Assembly: GCA_949358305.1 (NCBI GenBank)
Contig: OX442314.1
Coordinates: 13,516,001-13,580,000 of the forward strand
Direction: 5' to 3'
Length of the DNA stretch: 64,000 nucleotides
Source: Strigamia acuminata
Taxonomy: Eukaryota
Shown piece after piece: positions 59,801-64,000 of this stretch. The position numbers and the translations under genes are program-made. The number at the start of each line of letters is the position of its first letter. Position 1 is the first letter of the stretch. The notes beneath the pieces were generated by a model. The model was not told the DNA's origin and searched no databases. It worked only from the letters and a program-made list of their open reading frames with translations.

Positions 59801-62800
59801 TGTTTATATAAATCGAAATTCAAAACCGACTTGTTATTATATAGCAAAATTATTTTTTTTTATGTTGTTATATACGTAGTCCAGATAAAATGTACACATT
59901 TTATCTTTTTTATTTATTTATCTAACAAAAAAGTATCATTTTCTTTGTCGGATAATTCAAAAAATTTAAGCAAAAAAAAATTAGAGGTCATCACATTATA
60001 CAAGATAAATACCATAACTGTTTAGTGTTTGATAGTATAAAGTACACACCTTATCTATACAACCCTTATAATTGAATTTTTTGTTGTAAATATGAATTTT
60101 ACTTAATTTTTTTAAGTTAAAATTATAGTACTAACATTTATAATACATGACAATTTAAGCCTTATCTCTTTAGTTTCCAATTTGCAACAAGCTAAAAATA
60201 CCCCTTTACTAAGAGTGAAAATGAATCTGTTTTTGAAATAATTCCAATCTATCACATGATACCAAATTAAAAAGAAACCATTTCAAAGAAGACATCCAAC
60301 TCCTCTCCATCACACAAACAAAATTTGATTCTTGTATTTACAAATTCAAACAATTTCTAAACATCAGTCTGAAATAAAACATGAAAATCAAACAAAATCA
60401 ATAGGTTTATTTTCCAAACGTCTTTATTTTCCAAAAAATCCTAAACCGAAGATTTACAACGACATTAAAAGGTCCATTGGCAGACCAAAGCCAGCATGAT
60501 ACTCGTAAAAATCAGTACTAACGCCCTTAATAAATTTGTCACCAGATGGGGAGGTGGACGTAGCAGTCGAGTTTCCACGTTATCAACGGCTCGAAAAAAA
60601 GAAGAAAAAAACACCACCTGAACGGGCTTCTGGATTCTTCAGGATTGACCTACTGACTGATATCAGCACAAGATTCGCCCACAGCATTTCTCTAACAACT
60701 CGGCAATGAAAGATAAGTGAAATGCTTTAAATTAGACAGACAGGGTTAAAGATTTATTTTGGCACATACGGGCATCCACAGGTTAACACCAATCTATTTT
60801 AATTTCACTCAAACAACACCAGAGGTCAGCAACAACAACCATTAAACCTCTTTTTATCAAGACCAATTTTTTATTTTTTTCATGTTTAAAGGGTTCAATT
60901 AACTACGAAATATAAATCACATGGCGACTTGTGACGTTTCGTGATCGTCATTTCATATTATTCACTTAATAAACAATTGTAGGAGGCGCAGTCCTCACAG
61001 CTGAATGAACCCAATTGTGTGCTAATGAGATTTGAAGTTGGGTGACTGATGATGGACGAAAAGGAATATAAGATAATGGGTAGTAGAGTAGACAGTAGGA
61101 ACTAGACGAGTGCGAATGAAAACCAAGAGAGATTTTCACACCAATCCGAGCGCAAACAATAACATTTCATCTTTTTTCCTGCCATTGAAACAAATGATTG
61201 GAGGAAACATTTCAAATCGTAAATAACATCTGATGCTGACACGAACTTGTCACGCCATCTCCCTCCCTCACGCAGACTTGTAACACCAGGGGTTGATGGG
61301 TATAAGGGGAAGAAAAGGGAGTATGCTCGTTATCACCCAGCAGCGATGTCCATCATTTTGCTGGGCCTCAACAACATTGAAGTGCCATGCTGACTGTAAT
61401 TGCGTGCCGAATAATGAACATGCTGACCTTGACACCTGTTGATCAACAACTCGTAGACACCGCTCCGAACCATCTTCGGAATAAAAAATAAAAAAATATA
61501 AAAAAAATAAAATTATTCGGAAATTATAATTTTTGACGGAAATTACAACCTTTCATCACACAAATAGGTCGTGATGATCTAGTGATGTACAAAAAATGTA
61601 TATATTGTTTTAAATTAAAGAGGATTTTTACAAAATCGAGTATTTATTTGATTGGTAATTAATAATAAGTCATTTGATCCGATGTAACAAGTGTGATTGG
61701 GTGAAGAAAATCGAAATAATTGCTATAATCAATGGACAATAAATTTCTTGCCTTTGAGTGATTTATTTTGGCAAGAATTTGAACGACTTTAATCAAATTA
61801 TGAAATTTAATGAATTTGGAGGTAAAAAAAAATATGAGCGAATTAATTTTTTTTTATAAAATTTGTTTACCTGAATAATTTAAGTGTTGTTTTTTCCATA
61901 CGATTCTCATTGGTCAGTTTTCAAACTCACGTGATTGCACCGAAATAAGATGTTTTATTTTTTTTTAATTTATGCAAAAATTTAAGACAGAAAAATCGGT
62001 GTCTATTGCAAAGGACGATGAGAATGATTGAAGTTTTAATGAATTCTTGCACTTCTCGTTAAATACAATGATTATCCGGTGAGATAATAGTCCGAGATAG
62101 ACGACGACCCCATCACGAAATGATGATTCCGCGAATCGCCACGTGATGATAGGTATACACATAAATTTGAATAACAAATTGATGAAGACGTCATCGAAAA
62201 ATACACGAGCGATCATTCGACATATCTCGAACTTGTGAAGGGTCAGTGTCGTGATATTTTGTCTTTTTATCCAGCGGAAAACAAAAGAACAATAGACACC
62301 ATCGGCCCAACACCCTCTAAGCAACCCCTAGGAAGAGGGATGAATGTCCCCGTCTGTCTCCATTTACGGAGGCGGAGTCGATGGACAATCGTGACACGCG
62401 GTTGACTCTCGCTCTAAGTGTCAATTTGGTTCGGTTTGTATGTTACGGATATGCAATTTTCGATTTTCGTTTCGAGCTGTAATTGGTAAAGGGATATTCA
62501 CCTTGTTGTTTACTAGACAAAAAATTATCACAGCCGCGGGTGATGACAGTGAAGGTCCGTTTTATTCAGTGTGATAATGAGTTTTTAGGATTTTTTTGTT
62601 TTTAATATTTTTTTATTTGCTGTGTTTAGTATCAGCCAATGAGCTGCTGTTGTGGTCATTGACTCGGTCAGAGTTCTTTTGGTTTAATCATTGATTACAG
62701 ATGGTTCAGACACACCCATTTATCGAAAGCGAGACAAAATATGACTTGAGCTAATAAAGTTTTACTTTTGTAAACAAAATTCAGCGCTGTAAAAAATTAT

Positions 62801-64000
62801 ATGTGTAAAAAACTGATAAGGTCTGTGAAGAGTCTCAGTTGGTTGAAAAACATGGACTTTAAGAAAATAATTTTTTTAAGTGCGGTGAAATTTGAAATTG
62901 TTTATTTTTTTTGATGAAATTTTTTAAATTAATTTTTTTTGTTGTTGCTATTATTGAAAGTGTTTTACATCGTCATAGGCGCTTACTATTGGTGCAAATG
63001 CGAGGCAACCCCTGAAATGGTTGGTCGAAGCTTCACCGCATAGCATCGAATCAAATTTTCGAGGAAAATAATGTTGCGAGGAAACCGGTTAAACATCATT
63101 TGACGGGGAAAAAACACCCACTAGTATTACATATTTAAGGAAAAATTGAATATAATAAATCAGTATTATTTTATGTTTAATGAGAGTGACAAAGTAGTCA
63201 CGCCCTGGAATAAATCTACCAAATATAGACTAAGCGCCACCCACATACCTGATTCATTACAGTACCATCAACTTTTACAGCACTAAATCATATTTTTCCA
63301 TTAATACATACCAGAATAAATATTTTTAAGCCTCTAACACAATTGGTTTTTCGATAGTTTTCCATATTTTTCACAGAAGTCACATTGAAAAAAAAAAATT
63401 TTATTTATTAAATGTGCAAATCTTTCCTTGAAAAATATTTTTTTCCCCCTTTGATGCATAAAATTACGCTCTACTCAATGAGGCACTTTTTCCGTGACTT
63501 GCATTTGCCCTTGAGGAACCAACTAATTTTTTCTAGTTCAGCCGAAAAAAAATTAAAGGGAAAAAATTTAAAATTGGAATAACTAAAAAAAAAAAAAAAT
63601 CAATGAATCAAAAATCACGTGACATTAATTTTTGATTTTTTTTGTACCGTGTGAAAAGTGCCATCACGTGAGCTGAAACGCTGAAGGACGTGTCCGTCTA
63701 CCTTTATTATCAATTTAAAAATTTTTTTTTATCAATTCAATCTCGATTGGAAGAGCCAAAGAGTAGTAGATCTGGTACAAAGAGTATTTGTATTCGTCAC
63801 GTAGTTTCAACCAAGTTCCAAAAGCAGTGGGTTTAATAATTTCACCTGTTGCTGCAACGATGAAGGGTGAGTTCACTCAAACCTGTCGCATCTAAAAAGG
63901 CGATTACGAGACTGGATTTGAGGGTGTGGCTTCTCACTCAGCTGTATCCATCTTAGTGAGTGAGTAAGGGGAAGGATGATGATGGCATTCCCGGCCTTGG

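Overview
AT-rich eukaryotic (arthropod-like invertebrate) genomic DNA with many 55-70 nt GT-AG introns. The first ~29 kb is gene-dense: a 5'-partial MRCK/genghis khan kinase gene, a codanin-1 gene, a small two-exon minus-strand gene, an intronless 502-aa secreted orphan, a six-exon BRICHOS-like secreted protein gene (reconstructed by hand) and a DBHS-family (NonA/Hrp65/NONO-like) RNA-binding gene whose last intron is packed with MITEs. 29-41 kb is a DNA-transposon-rich interval. It holds an intronless FLYWCH+RING ORF abutting a 974-bp spacerless palindrome with two convergent tRNA-like Pol III cassettes, followed by two more foldback elements. A two-exon TIS11/ZFP36L gene lies at 42.0-43.4 kb, followed by ~20 kb with no credible CDS. 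Best leads: (1) the FLYWCH-RING/palindrome unit, (2) a hidden in-phase alternative exon that would give MRCK a DMPK-like membrane tail anchor, (3) the BRICHOS-like precursor, (4) hAT MITEs resembling mammalian MER30. All family assignments come from motif recognition; no database searches were run.
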